Origin: the human T2T-CHM13v2.0 reference genome, Homo sapiens | Strand: one strand, 5' to 3' | Length of the DNA: 64,000 nucleotides | NCBI RefSeq assembly: GCF_009914755.1 | Contig: NC_060934.1 | Part shown: in pieces, positions 19,170 to 32,825 of the stretch | Numbering within the stretch: the stretch's first letter is position 1 | How the letters are laid out: each line of letters starts with the position of its first letter | Position numbers and translations under genes: made by a program | The notes under the pieces: generated by a model | What the model saw: the letters and a program-made list of their open reading frames with translations, nothing else | Told to the model about the DNA's origin: nothing | The model's database searches: none

Positions 19170-19483
19170 CTTTTTCTTTTTTTTTTTGGAGATGGAGTCT
19201 CACTCTCACCCAGGCTGGAGTGCAGTGGTGCAATCTTGGCTCACTGCAGACTCTGCCTCCCAGTTTCAAGCAATTCTTCCACCTCAGCCTCCCAAGCTGG
19301 GAGTCCCAGCTGTAGCTGGGACTGCAGGTGCATGCCACCATACCCAGCTAATTTTTGTATTTTTAGTAGAGATGGGATTTCACCATATTGGCCAGGCTGG
19401 TCTCGAATTCCTGACCTCAAGTGATTCATCCACCTTGGCCTCACAAAGTGTAGGGATTACAGGCATGAGCCACCATGCCCAGC
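19170..19483 (-). mobile_element. AluS
   Basis: Antisense dimer. Confidence 0.9.
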
Positions 19484-19536
19484 CACTCCTCTTCTCCTGC
19501 TATCTCATAGTTTGGGCATGTCTTTATGCCTACTCT

Positions 19537-19984
19537 TGAAGCCATCCTCACAGGTTAACAAGAATTCTGGACAGAAATATAACTATAATTAAGCATTAAT
19601 CAGGCTGCACTTTGACCCACTTTCTTCCTGGTCACATAACACTAGATACTGACCATTTGCATCTCCATGTTCCCATAGATAGAATTTCTGATGTTAGATA
19701 GGATCTCTTATGTTAGAATCATAAGGCTTTTGTTTAAGAATTGTTTAAGCATAGCCAGGCATGGTGATGCATGCCTAGTAGTCTCAGCCACTCAGGAGGC
19801 TGAGGTGGGAGGATCACTTAATCCTGGGAGGTCAAGGCTGCAGTGAGCAGAGTGCACCACTGCACTTCAGCCTGGGAGACAGACAGAAAGAAAGAAAGAA
19901 AGAAAGAGAGAAAGGAGAGAGAGGGAAAGAGAAAGAAGAAGGAAGGAAGGAAGAGAGAGAGAGAGAAAGAAAGAAGAAAGAAAA

Positions 19985-20032
<48 letters not shown>

Positions 20033-20373
20033 AAAAGAAATTGCTTAAGCAGATCCTGAATTCTGACAGAATCACTTACACCAACCAGTTTAAAGACCCC
20101 CAACAGAGGAACCAAATAAGCATGAGAATACAGCTTCTTCATCTCCCTGTCCCGCAACTTTACCCTGTACTCTAGAACCAATCAACAATCTCCACACTTC
20201 AGCCCACTCCAAACCCCTTGAAAACCCTATCCCCAAACTCCTTGGGGAGATTGGTTTGAGGTTTCCTCTTGTCTCCTCATTTGGCAGCCCTACAATGAAA
20301 CCTCTTTCTCTGATGCAACCTGGTGTCTCAGCACATTGCTTTGCACATTGGGCAACTGACCCATTATGTTACA
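19537..20373 (+). mobile_element. ERV1 MER4-group solo LTR (MER72-like)
   Basis: tgaagccatcctcacagg...tgttaca; interrupted by an Alu arm with TSD attg(t/c)ttaagca. Confidence 0.65.
19753..20040 (+). mobile_element. Alu right arm with an expanded (GAAA)n/(GA)n tail
   Basis: Right arm 19753-19880, then ~160 bp of purine microsatellite. Confidence 0.88.
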
Positions 20374-20840
20374 GTTTTACCCTATTATAATGTGTTACAA
20401 TTATATCTCCTTCTGCTGCTAAATCACACACTCTTTGAAAGCAAGGACTTCTGGGTATCCCTAACAGTTAGTACAGTGCTTAGCCATGCAGGGTAATTGT
20501 GATCACCCAACAGATTCTTCCTGCCTGCTGCACAGACAAAATCAATCCATTGAGCCCACAGCACTGCAGTAGAGAAAGAGTTTAATTGATGTGAGGCCAA
20601 CCCATGCAGGAGAACTGGAGCTATCACCCAAATGAGTCTCCCCAAATGCTTGGGGGTTAGGGTTTTTATGGACAATTTGGTGGGAAGGGGCTGGGGAATG
20701 GGTGATACTGATTGGTTGGGCTGAGTCCACTTCTGGGTCAGGTCACAGGATCCATTGAGTCATGAGTCACAACCCCAGGTGGAGTCAGTGTGAAAGATAG
20801 CTCAAAAAAACCAATTCTAGCTTCTATGACAGTGACATTA

Positions 20841-21246
<406 letters not shown>

Positions 21247-21479
21247 GAAACCATGCCTATCTTATTGGAATCCAGGCCCCTCTCTATAAGCCTAACATTG
21301 TAGCCTTTCATTAGTTTTACAAAGATGGCTTAGTTTTGGAAAGGGCTATCATCTTTGCTTTAACATTAAACCATAAACTAGATTCCTCCCAAAGTTAGTT
21401 TGGCCTACCCAGGAATGGCCAAGGACAGCTGGGAAGCCAGAAGCAAGATGGAATCAACTATGTCAGATTTCTTACTGTC

Positions 21480-22288
21480 TGTGACATTATGATATATATT
21501 GGATTTCACCCATGGTTCCTGGCTCATACATAACTCCTGTAGCCTCTGTTACAGCCTTTTGTTAGAATGTTGGGTGTGCTAGGCCTCAGAGGCAGGTCTC
21601 TGACCTTCTCCTGCCCTCCTTTCACTCTAATGTGTCATGTCCACCCCCGCAACCATCACCAACCCCCTCACCTGCCTTTCCAATTGTTTAAGACCCTCCC
21701 AGGAGAACATCCCACGCTATGCCCTGAGGGAAGGAATGCTGATGTCATGAAGCTTCCATAAAAATCCAAGAGGACAGGGTTCATTGAACTTCCAGATAGC
21801 TGAACAGTAGAGGTTTCTGGAGACCAGCACCCAGGGAGGGCATGGAAGCTCTGCGCCTGTTCCCCCTTACCTTTCCCTACACACGTCTTCATCTGTGTCC
21901 TTTGCAATATCCTTTATAATAAACCAGTAAACGTAGGTAAGTGTTTCTCTGAGTTCTGTGAGCTGCTCCCTCCAATTAATTAAACCCAAAGAGGGGGTTG
22001 TGGGAACCCCAACTTGAAGCTGGTTTGTCAGAAGTTCCAGAGGCCTGGACTTGTGACTTGTGTGTGTGGAAGGGCAGTCTTGGGAACTGAGCCCACCTGT
22101 GGGATCTGATGCTATCTCCAGGTAGATAATGTCAGAACTGAACTAGAGGAAACCCAGCTGGTGTCCACTGCTTGGTGTGTGGGGAATGCCCCTCCGACAT
22201 TTGGTCACAGAAGTCTTCCCCTGTGTTGGTGATTATTCTGGTGTGAAAGTAGAGGAAAAACAGTTTGGGGAGAGTGTTTCCCTACACA
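21480..22288 (+). mobile_element. MER21-type LTR nested in LTR8
   Basis: tgtgacattatg...cctacaca; MER21 motifs cccagggagggcatggaagctctgcgcc and ttggtcacagaagt. Confidence 0.75.
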
Positions 22289-22411
22289 TTGTCATAATTT
22301 TGCAAAAGCAGTTTTATAATCACTAAATGCTTATTGAGTAAATGACTGATGTGAAACTTGTAAATATGACTTATTCTAGCTGATGGTCAAAATCCGCAGT
22401 GTTAGCAGTTA

Positions 22412-22425
22412 GTATGACGTCATAC
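22412..22425. promoter_or_regulatory. Full CRE (TGACGTCA) in a perfect 14-bp palindrome
   Basis: gtatgacgtcatac in non-Alu DNA with its CpG intact; function untested. Confidence 0.4.
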
Positions 22426-23434
22426 CTTCTGATACATCTTCTTTAATGCCACAGCTCCAATAGGGATAATATTGAAACACTCACAGCTTTGTGGGACTTT
22501 GCTTTTTCAGTTCCTCTCAGACCCAAGGGATGGAGCTGGGTTTCCCAGAAGCAAAACAACTGAAGAGGAACTTGTCTATTTGACCTTTTAGTTTGAGGCC
22601 TGCTCATATGACAAGCTCATGGCATAAAATAGGAATTTCCAACTATATAAGAAATACCAATGCTTTATCCAACTTGTTACATGAACACATACCCTTCCCC
22701 CACAGACACATACCCACATACACCACACACGCACACACACAGTGTCACATGTGCAGCATACACAGAAATGACTCCTCAATTTCTGAAAGGGGCAAGAGGC
22801 ATTTGGCCTTCAGAAGGGAAGATAAAGGGGAAATCAAGTCTTATTAATTTAAAAGTTTTTGAGATGGTAAATAAGTATAGACAGGGGTAGAGAGACTGTA
22901 TCTATTGTTCAAATCCCCAGGGCCTCTGGTAAGAAGATTTTAATAAGATCTATAAAGATCCCCTCAGCTCTAATGACTTACTATTGTAGGATTTCACCAC
23001 AGAATGGTTTGTTTTGGAAAGCATTTAAAGAGCAGCCATGGAAAATAATCTAAAGCTTCAATTCTTGAGCTAAACAACTTTGATAGTGTTATAATTGATT
23101 TGGAAGACTAGGTATACCAGGAGCTCTGAAGTTTGTGGATACGGTAAGCTCACTAAGTAGAGAATTAACTAATCGATGAAGGTGAAAAAATTCGAGGACA
23201 CATTTGTGGGCAGAAAAGTGGCACAGGAGCTTTAATTAAGGACAAATGTTAAATAATGCAATTAAAGAAAAATGATACAACCTAAGTCTGTAAACTGACG
23301 AACTCTGAGCTATCAAATATAACCTAAGAGAAGGATTAAACATTACCTGGGGACCTATATATAGAGATGAAAAATATATTCTATAGAAATATACACCAAA
23401 CTGACTGTTTGCATCATATGGCTTATAACACTGA

Positions 23435-23795
<361 letters not shown>

Positions 23796-24035
23796 CCGAA
23801 TGTTTTCAAAATCGAATTTCCTTAATAAATTGTTGTATACCTATGCCATGACATAATATACAGGCATTAAAATGATTTTGTAACAATGAAAATATATTTA
23901 TAGCATATAGTGAAACTAAATGAGGCTACCATGTATCATGTATATTTATTCCCAGTTTCAGAAAAAGGAAAAAAAAAACACGTGTGCATAGGAAAGAAAA
24001 AAGATTGGGAAGAGATACATCAAACTTTAGCAACG

Positions 24036-24177
24036 GGCTGAGCATGGAGGCTCACGCTTGTAATCTCAACACTTTGGGAGGCCAAGGTGGGAGAAGCACT
24101 TGAGCCCAGGAGTTTGTGACCCGCCTGGGCAACATAGGGAGACCCCACCTGTACTTCAAAACAAAACAAAACAAAAA
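24036..24177 (+). mobile_element. FLAM_C
   Basis: Left monomer with (AAAAC)n tail. Confidence 0.82.
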
Positions 24178-24329
24178 GCCATCAATGGTCAATTCCTGAA
24201 TTATGAGTGATGTTTTTTCTTGCCAAGTTTTCAATTTAAAAGTTTATACTTGGTGTGTACTTTTTACTATAAAAAGAATAAAGACCTTTATATGTGGGGG
24301 AGGAATAAAAATGGCAAATACATGAATAG

Positions 24330-24560
24330 CACTTAGTATTATCAGACAAGATTCTAAATGCTCCATATAGTGACTCTTTTAATCTTCACAACCTTTTGTG
24401 GTAAGGACTTTTATTAGGTGTGGTTTTTGCAATTACTTTTGCACCAACCTAATAGTATTCCCACTTTACAGATGAGGAAACTGAAGCATGCAGGTGTGTA
24501 AGCAAATGGTGGAAATGAGATTCAAATCCAGACAGCCAGGCACCAGCGACTGAGCTCTTG
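24330..24560 (-). mobile_element. MIR
   Basis: cccactttacagatgaggaaactgaag MIR core. Confidence 0.75.
24414..24452. mobile_element. Deleted MADE1 (Hsmar1 MITE) inside MIR
   Basis: ta-ttagg...gcaattacttttgcaccaacctaa-ta: one intact MADE1 TIR with TA flanks. Confidence 0.8.
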
Positions 24561-25385
24561 GTTTTTGTAACTCTTGAAAGATGAAAAAGTGTGCAGCTGC
24601 CGTGCAAAAGTCAAGTAAATGGAATAGCACAGAGGATAGCTAGTTTGTCTCTGCACCTGGCCTAGGATAGTGCGCTCCCACATTCACAGCCCTTGGTTAG
24701 GGGGGAAAAAAGTGAGCCTGGAGAAGTTACAGGAAGGGATCATGACAAAGCATTCAAGTTATCAGAAGGGCTTTCCATTTAAAAACAGACTAACATGATT
24801 CAGACCTGTCGATTTGGAAAAACAAAAGTCACTGAGTGAATGTAATTAAATTCATTAAGACCCTTGAGTGAAAGGTACAAAACCAGCTCACCCTTGGACT
24901 TGTAACACTACAGGTGTGTCCCATGTTACTAATGAGAAGAAATGGGTGTGGGAACCATCACATCTCTTTTTCCATTTTGCACCCTGGGTGGCATCATGGA
25001 AGCATGACTTGTCAGGCGCACATGGCTCCAGGCTTACTAGGGCACCATGCTTGGTTTAATGCTCCATGGCCTTCATAATTATACCTTTCACCTTGTATTT
25101 TCTAAGTGAACTCTGCTGGGCCCATGGAACATGTGTGTGAAGCAGAGGAGATACACAAAATATGCATGTCTACCATGGGCTCCAGTTCACCCTAGCTCAC
25201 ATGTTGTGTTTGTGCTGCCCATGAGCACAGAATTTTGACAAATCCACCATGGACGGGAGTTGAGCAAGACTCAACGCATGTTATATCTGGGACTGAGTAA
25301 GCAGAGGTGCTGACAGCCTTGGTGGACCACACTTTCTTAGGACCAGAACTTGCTTCCAATGCAGTTCAGACAATGGCCATGGCAT

Positions 25386-25903
25386 TGAAAGGGTTCAGAG
25401 CATGCTACCCCGAAATATGCCACTTTCACATACTGATTATTTTGAGTTACAGGCACTTGAAAAGCAGCAGATGCAAGAAAGGCATGCTGACCTTCTCTTT
25501 TTCTTCCTGAAAGCAGTAACTAAAACTCCTATGTAAAAGATGTCTTCCCTATACCAGGAGGAAGATATCACCAGAATCAGGGAGTTGAGGCCCAGAGAAA
25601 TATGTTCAAATACACCTTGTTAAACTATGCCTTGTTTTCCTAGCCACTTTTCAACAATTAACTGCCCTAGCCCAGACCCCTTTGTCTTGCCACATTTCAC
25701 AAATTACTCCTCTAGGTCCAACCCAGTATATAGCTTTTGTCCCTAACTTCTTCTTTGGGTCTTCATTTTTCTTGTGGGAGCTCCTGTGAAAATGTTACCA
25801 CATTAAATCTGTATACTTTTCTCCTGTTAGTTGGTCTTATGTCAGTTTAATTCTTAGGACTAGCTGGGTAATAGGAAAAAGGAGAAATTGTAGCTCCCCT
25901 ACA
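25386..25903 (+). mobile_element. ERV1 solo LTR (MER34-like)
   Basis: tgaaagggttcagagcatgctaccccgaaatatg...cccctaca; 4-bp TSD gcat. Confidence 0.75.
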
Positions 25904-26425
25904 GCATTCTAAGAAATATGGATAACCAATGAATTCCATCATATCCTTTCTTGTATTATTTCCGTATATTAGCTGACACCCTCAACAATGAGGACATTAA
26001 AGGAAAGGGGAAGATGGGGCAACTCGTAGTTCCTTTTCCTTTTAGTCTTTCCTTACTAATCAGTAAACTGAAGAGAGTATTGACAGAATGTGCACATATT
26101 AAGAAGTGAAACAAAAACGTTTGAGTTAGTTTTATGCAGTTCTGGTAAGAACAAAATATATCTGCATGTAGCAGTTAAAAAAGATGAATTATATAATTTC
26201 AATGATTCTACATATAAGTTAATGTTCTCATATTTTCATTGAAAACAGGCATTACATTATGGTATGTGAATTTATGTCAATTTTAACAAAAAGAAAAATA
26301 GGTAGTACAGATGACCAAGAAACAAGGGTTGAGGGAAGGGCTTTTCTGTTACTCATTTATCAAAACAAAATTTATTGTTATTATTTTTTATTTTCATTTT
26401 TTATAAAAGGGTGGCTGCTCCATAG

Positions 26426-26777
<352 letters not shown>

Positions 26778-27105
26778 GCTATTTTTATTTTTTTAGATCT
26801 AATTATAAGAAATTAATGATTGCTCACTGTAGAACTTTTAGAAAACATAGGGCAGTATTAAATGAGAACTTATAAAAGTAGTAACTTACTTGGTAATTAC
26901 GGACTTTAGGATTTGTTTTAGAGCTAAAAACAAAGAAGAAGAAACGATAACATGTTATAAAATGGACAAAAAGGTATCTTTAATGCCTTACGGCTCCATA
27001 AAATCAATTCAAGCGTCCCCCCTGGAAGAAAGAAGAAAGATTGACTTTGCACAAGACAAATGGTAAAATGTATACTAATAATTTTAATTAAAAAAATTTT
27101 TTTTA

Positions 27106-27228
27106 GGCCAGGCGCAGTGGCTCACGCCTGTAATCCCAGCACTTCCCGAGGCCGAGGCAGAAGGATCGCTTGAGAACAGGAGTTCGAGATCATCCTGGGT
27201 GATACAGCAAGACCCCGTTTCTTGCTGA
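27106..27228 (+). mobile_element. FLAM_C-like monomer, CpG-rich
   Basis: Left monomer retaining 7 CpGs. Confidence 0.82.
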
Positions 27229-27994
27229 AAATCGAATTTCAATTTTTCTTTACCTGGAATAGCATCAAATAGCAAATAAAACACACCAGAACAAACTGAA
27301 AGACCATGGAAGAAAGGAAAGAGCTTTATATTTTAGTTCCTTAAAAGTACTTTTGTCCTGCTTTTTGAACAAGGGGCTCTGCCTTTCATTTTGCATTGGA
27401 TGTAACAAATTATGTAGTTGGTTCTTCTCTCATCTTGGCTTCTTTCACAATACCTTCATTTTTGTCTTCTGGGACCATGTTTTGCTCCTTCTCAAGTCCA
27501 CTAGGCAGGCTGAGGCCCCTCACACTCGCCACATGTATCAGGCAGAGATTAACTTTCTCAAGCCTTTTTCCAGATTCCCAGAAGAAAGCATTGGATTGGC
27601 CCAGTTGCACCATGTGACCTGGCCAGGGGAGAAGTCATGTGATACAAACATGGCTTGAGCCAAGCCCTGTGGATAGAAAGGTGGGTGGGTATCAGAGAAA
27701 GGGAGCTGTGCAAGTACCCCAGACTTGTCTGGGTTGGCCCTTTCAAGTAGTCCAAAATTGGAGGTGGGGGTGTCTAGTCCTTTATACACTGAGTGGTTCA
27801 ATGCCCCAGAGTGGTGGAAAGAAAATGTGGCCTTTGGGGTTGGGCTTTCTAGGGCTCTCACTCTCTCAGGTGGAAATTGTCAGTACCAGCATTCCCAGCA
27901 GCTGTGGAATGAGTCCCTTAGTCCTGAAATGATGCTAGGGACCTAGGCAGGGCACTACAGCTCACATTACACTTCCTACTTGGAAATGATGATT

Positions 27995-28165
27995 GTTTTT
28001 GCTTGTTTGTTTGGTTAAAGACACGCCTCCCTATGTCTCCCAACCTGGAGTCCAGTGGCATGATCATAGCACAGGACAGTCTAGAACTCCTGGCCTCAAG
28101 CAATCCTCCTGCCTCAGCCTCTCTAGTAGCTCAGACTACAGGTGCACACTACTGCGCCTGCCTTT
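27995..28165 (-). mobile_element. Alu right monomer (FRAM-like)
   Basis: Antisense single arm. Confidence 0.8.
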
Positions 28166-28516
28166 CAGTGATTTTTTTTGAATGGAATCCTATTTATAGG
28201 GACTGAGTGGTCCTAGTAATAAGGTAAAGGAAACATTTTTCTAATAATTATCTGGAAGTGCTCTGGGAACTTGATGTATTGTTTTTATGCATGAAATTTT
28301 GGCCTGTGACTCCATGAAGTTGGCGTCAGTTGTTAATTTTAAATTTCTGTTGCTCTAGAAGGTGTTAGTGGATTGTCTGGGGTAAGGAGGAATAGGTGGA
28401 AAGAGAAGGAAGAATCTCCCTAATTATTTACATCTTCTTTCAGGAAACATTCCTTAACTCCACACAGAAACAAGGTGAGGGGCCAGGGCTGACACTAGCA
28501 AGACCCCTAAGGACCT

Positions 28517-28562
28517 GGGGCCCAGGGGGGAGCGGGGGGTTTGGGCAGGGGTGGGGAAGGGG
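28517..28562 (+). other. G-quadruplex-forming motif
   Basis: Seven G-runs of 3-6 nt with 1-4 nt loops. Confidence 0.7.
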
Positions 28563-28689
28563 TCTGACTTTCTGGCAATGCTTTTAGCAGGTTGCTGTTC
28601 TCGTAGAAATACGGCTCAAACTTTTCCGAAACAGTTTAGTAGCTACGATTAAGTAAAAAATAACTTAAAAAAAAAAAAAAGCATGGATA

Positions 28690-28988
28690 GGTCTGTCACA
28701 GTGGCTCATGCCTATTATCCCAGCACTTTAGGAGGCCGAGGTGGGAGGATTGACTGAGCTCAGGAGTTTGAGACCGGTCTGGGCAACTTAGGAAGACCCT
28801 ATCTGTACAGAAAATAAAGAAGTAAAAATCAGCCAGGCGTGGTGGTGCTTGCCTGTAAGTCTTAGCTACTCAGGAGGCTGAGATTGGAGGATCACTTGAG
28901 TCCAGGAGGAAGAGGCTGCCATGAGCCCTGATTGTGCCACTGCACTCCAGCCTGCACAATAGAGCGAGACCCTGTCTCAAAAAAAAAT
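28690..28988 (+). mobile_element. AluJ
   Basis: Dimer with A tail. Confidence 0.9.
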
Positions 28989-29358
28989 GAGTAAAAAATA
29001 TTTCTTCCAAAGGTCTCTCGGCTCACTTGGATTACGGGTTCAGTCATTTCTAAGCATTTCCTGCAGCCTCAGAAACTCAATAGTCAATTATTTCCACGAG
29101 TACAAAGCTTAAAGATGAAGAGAACAAGAGAGGGAAGGGTAAAAGGACACCAAAGGGCCATTTTCACTTGCTCCTAAATAATGTGAATGATATTAAATCT
29201 GCTCTAAATGGTACCAGAATGCATTTATCTTACCCCATCTTTGTGTCAATTGCCCAGTCAATGTATTTTGCCTGAAATGTAATCATTCTTGACTCCTTCA
29301 TATCTTTCAACCCCCAATCAATTAATCCAATAAACATTTATTGAGGCATTTGTATGTA

Positions 29359-29721
29359 CAGGTGCTCTTCCACTTATGATGTGGTTACCTTCTGATAAAC
29401 CCATCATACATTGAAAATGCCGTAAGTTGAAAATGCATTTAATACACCTAACCTACCAAACATCATAGCTTAGCCTAGCCTACCCTAAACATGTGCAGAA
29501 CATTTATATTAGCCTATGGTTGGAAAAATCATCTAACACAAAACCTATTTTGTGATAAAGTATTGAATATCTCATGTAATTTTTTGAATACTATACTGAA
29601 AATGAAAAACTGAATGGTTGTATGGGTCCCTGAAGTACAGTTTCTACTTACATGTATTGCTTTCACAGCACTGTAAAGCTGAAAAATTTAAATCGAACCA
29701 TGATAAGTCAACGACTGTCTG
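29359..29721. mobile_element. Tigger3-type (TcMar) MITE
   Basis: TA-cag...ctg-TA ends; aatgcatttaatacacctaacctacc...gcttagcctagcctacc typical of Tigger3. Confidence 0.85.
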
Positions 29722-30837
29722 TACAAGGTAACATACAAAAGCCTCTGATAAAGAAAATACTGGTAGAACATCGTCCCTGATTTTGTATGATCCTGAGGGG
29801 GAGGTTGACACATATACAACTTTGAATAAAACCCACACAATACCTAATAACAGAGGGCAAAGAACCATGAAAGTAGAGTCAAGGGGAGTGAAAATTCCAC
29901 TCACTTTGTTTACTGTGATTAATTCTCAAGTTGTTCGTAATCCACTAAAGTCAACTGACCCATGGGGTGAAGTGGTATTCAGTTAATGAGTCAATTCCCT
30001 GCAACCTTTCAACAATATGGGGCACCAAAGCCCTGAATGTATAAGAGTGGGCCTTTCTGAATACATTCTGTGAAAATTTTATACCCCAATCTGATTTATA
30101 TCATATCATGTTATGTAACAAATAATTAGCTACAAATATATCCATGGCACAAGGCTTGTTGCTTTTGCCCCTGAAAAGAAACCGTATCATAATTGCTAGG
30201 TATCCTTGGTGATTATTCAGAAAATCTTTGAACTTGCCTTTCACAAAATAGAGAGGGGCATTCTCTTGACATTGTGTGATGTTTTGCCTCTTATTGCAAG
30301 AATGCATTGCATGCTCCCTGAAATATTTTAGCAGTCCCAACTCTTCCAAATTGTTCAATCCCTATATGACAAAGCAAAATAATTTAAATATTGTTTCAAT
30401 AATAAAAGTTTACCAAAATATCTTGCATTATTTGTATTAAAAGAAAAAATCCATAAAACATGTATTGAACCTTATTTGAAATAACATGCCACAAACAATT
30501 TCTCTGACAACTCAAGCCTGTTCTATTCAAGCAGGCTCTCAAGACCCAACAAGTCATCTGGTGACTCAGGTGGCTCCTGAGAAGAAATAAAATGCTCTGT
30601 GCAACTTGTGTTTCTGAAGCATTTACTGGGTGTGTAGCATTTTGTAATTTAGCTGGATTCCTTTTGCAAAACATGCAACAAAGAATTTAATCAGCAAAGC
30701 AAAACAGGTTTGTGGCATTCCAGAGCGATTCTCTAATCCAAATATAAATTATTCAAGTTCCAACCAATCTAGCAAATCACAAATGAACATGGTAAGGATT
30801 GTGATTGACCAATTACAAGTCACAAGTCTAATGGTAG

Positions 30838-30955
30838 GTTAGGCACAATGATTCACATCTGTAATCCCAGCACTTTGTGAGCCAAGGTGGGTGGATTGCT
30901 TGAGCTCAGGAGTTCAAGACCAGCCTGGGCAACGTGGTGAAACCCCGTCTCTATT
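30838..30955 (+). mobile_element. Alu left monomer
   Basis: Single arm. Confidence 0.8.
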
Positions 30956-31057
30956 AGTCAATTTGGATTGATTCAGTGGGCAGTTCGTTTAGATGAACTT
31001 TATGCAGTATTCAAGTTATTAAGAAAATTACAGGCTGGGCATGGTGGCCTAACAAAG

Positions 31058-31217
31058 AAGAGATGGGTTCTTACTATATTGTTCAGGCTGAAGTGTAGTG
31101 ACCATTCACGTGTGCAATTAGGATGCACTACACCCTTGAACTCCTGGGCTCAAGTGATCCTTCTGCCCCAGCCTCCCAAGCAGCCGAGATTACAGGCAGG
31201 CACCACCGCACCCAGCC
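31058..31217 (-). mobile_element. FAM (fossil Alu monomer)
   Basis: Contains the FAM-type segment (gtagtgaccattcacgtgtgcaatt) retained from 7SL. Confidence 0.7.
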
Positions 31218-31851
31218 TCAGCTGGCTATTTATACACATGCACACATATGGAGAGGAAGAGAGGGAGAGAGATTGTCTAAGAATAAGGATATATTTTATA
31301 TAACCAATCATAATATCAAACAAGAAAATTAGCATTAGTTGTATATTATCTAATATACAGTCTATGTTTGAATTTCTCCAGTTATTTAAAAAATGTCTTA
31401 GAGCTGGGTTTTATTTTTCTGAATCTGGGTTCCAAGCAAGATTTGTACATTGCATTTGATTATTTCTCTTTAATTCTTAATCTACAACAATTTTTCTGTC
31501 TAAAAATATTTCTATGATAATGACATTTTTCCCAATAGTCTTAAACAATGTCCCACATTCTTGATTTTTCTACTTTTTTCATTATTAGGTTTAGGTTAAT
31601 AAAGTTTGGCAAAATACTTATATTACTGTCAAAGTAATGTTTAAAGTGAAATTTTGAATTTTCTTTGTTTGATATTATGTCTTCCCCCAAATTCTAGTGT
31701 ATAGAAACTTTGGTTTAAAAAAGTATTTATATAATAAACAGTATGGTCGTACTAGCAAATACAATATATGTTTCTTTGGTATATTTTGTTCTTTTGAGGA
31801 CAGGAGATGTGTCTACAGACTTTCATTTCAAACCTACCTTTGTAATACTGA

Positions 31852-32310
31852 CTGTGGTCCCAGCTACTCAGGAGGCTGAGGCAGGAGGATCTCTTGAGCC
31901 AGGAGGTCAAGGCTGCAGTGAGCTATGATTGGGCCACTGCACTCCATCCTGGGTGATGACAGAGCAATAACCTGTCTCTAGGGGAAAACAACAACAACAA
32001 CAACAAACCACCAGTCATAGTGGTTCACTAATCCCAGCACTTCGGGAGACTGAGACTGGAGGATCGCTTGAGTCCAGGAGTTCAAGACCAGCCTGGGCAA
32101 CATAGTGAAACCCTGTCTCAAAAAATAAATCGAATTAGCTGGGCATGGTGGTGCATGCCTGTAGTCCCAGCTACTCAAGAAGCTGAGGTGGGAGGATCAT
32201 TTGAGCCAGTCGGTTGAGGCTACAGTAAGCTATGATCACACTACTGCACTCCAGCCTGAGCGACAGAGTAAGACTGTCTCTAAGAAAAATAAAAACAAAA
32301 CAAAACAAAA
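31852..32310 (+). mobile_element. Alu right arm followed by AluJ
   Basis: Right arm with (AAC)n tail, then a dimer at 32010-32310. Confidence 0.88.
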
Positions 32311-32825
32311 CCCCAATATTTCTAATACCAAGCAAATCCAGAAAATGCTGAGTATACATAGTTCCTCACTCTTGCTCACACAGTGAACACTTGTGGGCAT
32401 GTTTGTACAGCTTATCATCTGTATCATGGTGAGCCCTCACAGTCACCAAGAGTATACATGGTCAAAATTAATATCAAGTAAAGGACTCTGCAGATAAAGA
32501 AACATGTTAGTTTATGACGCTCTGATCTTAGGCAATTTTTCTTAGTTGCTAAAATTGCCATAACAGTGCTTTTGAGTTATTAGTCTTCATAATTACCTTA
32601 GTCCCTTTGGGCTGCTATAACAAAATACCATTAACTGGTTGGCTTATGAAGAACTGAAATTTATTTCTCACAGTTCTGAGGACTGGGAAGTCAAGAGACT
32701 TGCTGTCTGGTGAGGGCCAACTTCTTGCTCTACAGAGAGCACCTTCTCACTGTGTCCTCACATGGTGAAGAGGGCAAGGGAGCACTTTCAAATCATTTTT
32801 ATAAAGCCACTATAAAGGAAAAAAA

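Noticed and set aside
19818-20181. Lys/Glu/Arg-rich and Phe/Leu/Ser-rich ORFs
   Set aside because: Translation of the (GAAA)n microsatellite.
24414-24452. miR-548-like precursor
   Set aside because: One arm is deleted, so no pre-miRNA hairpin can form.
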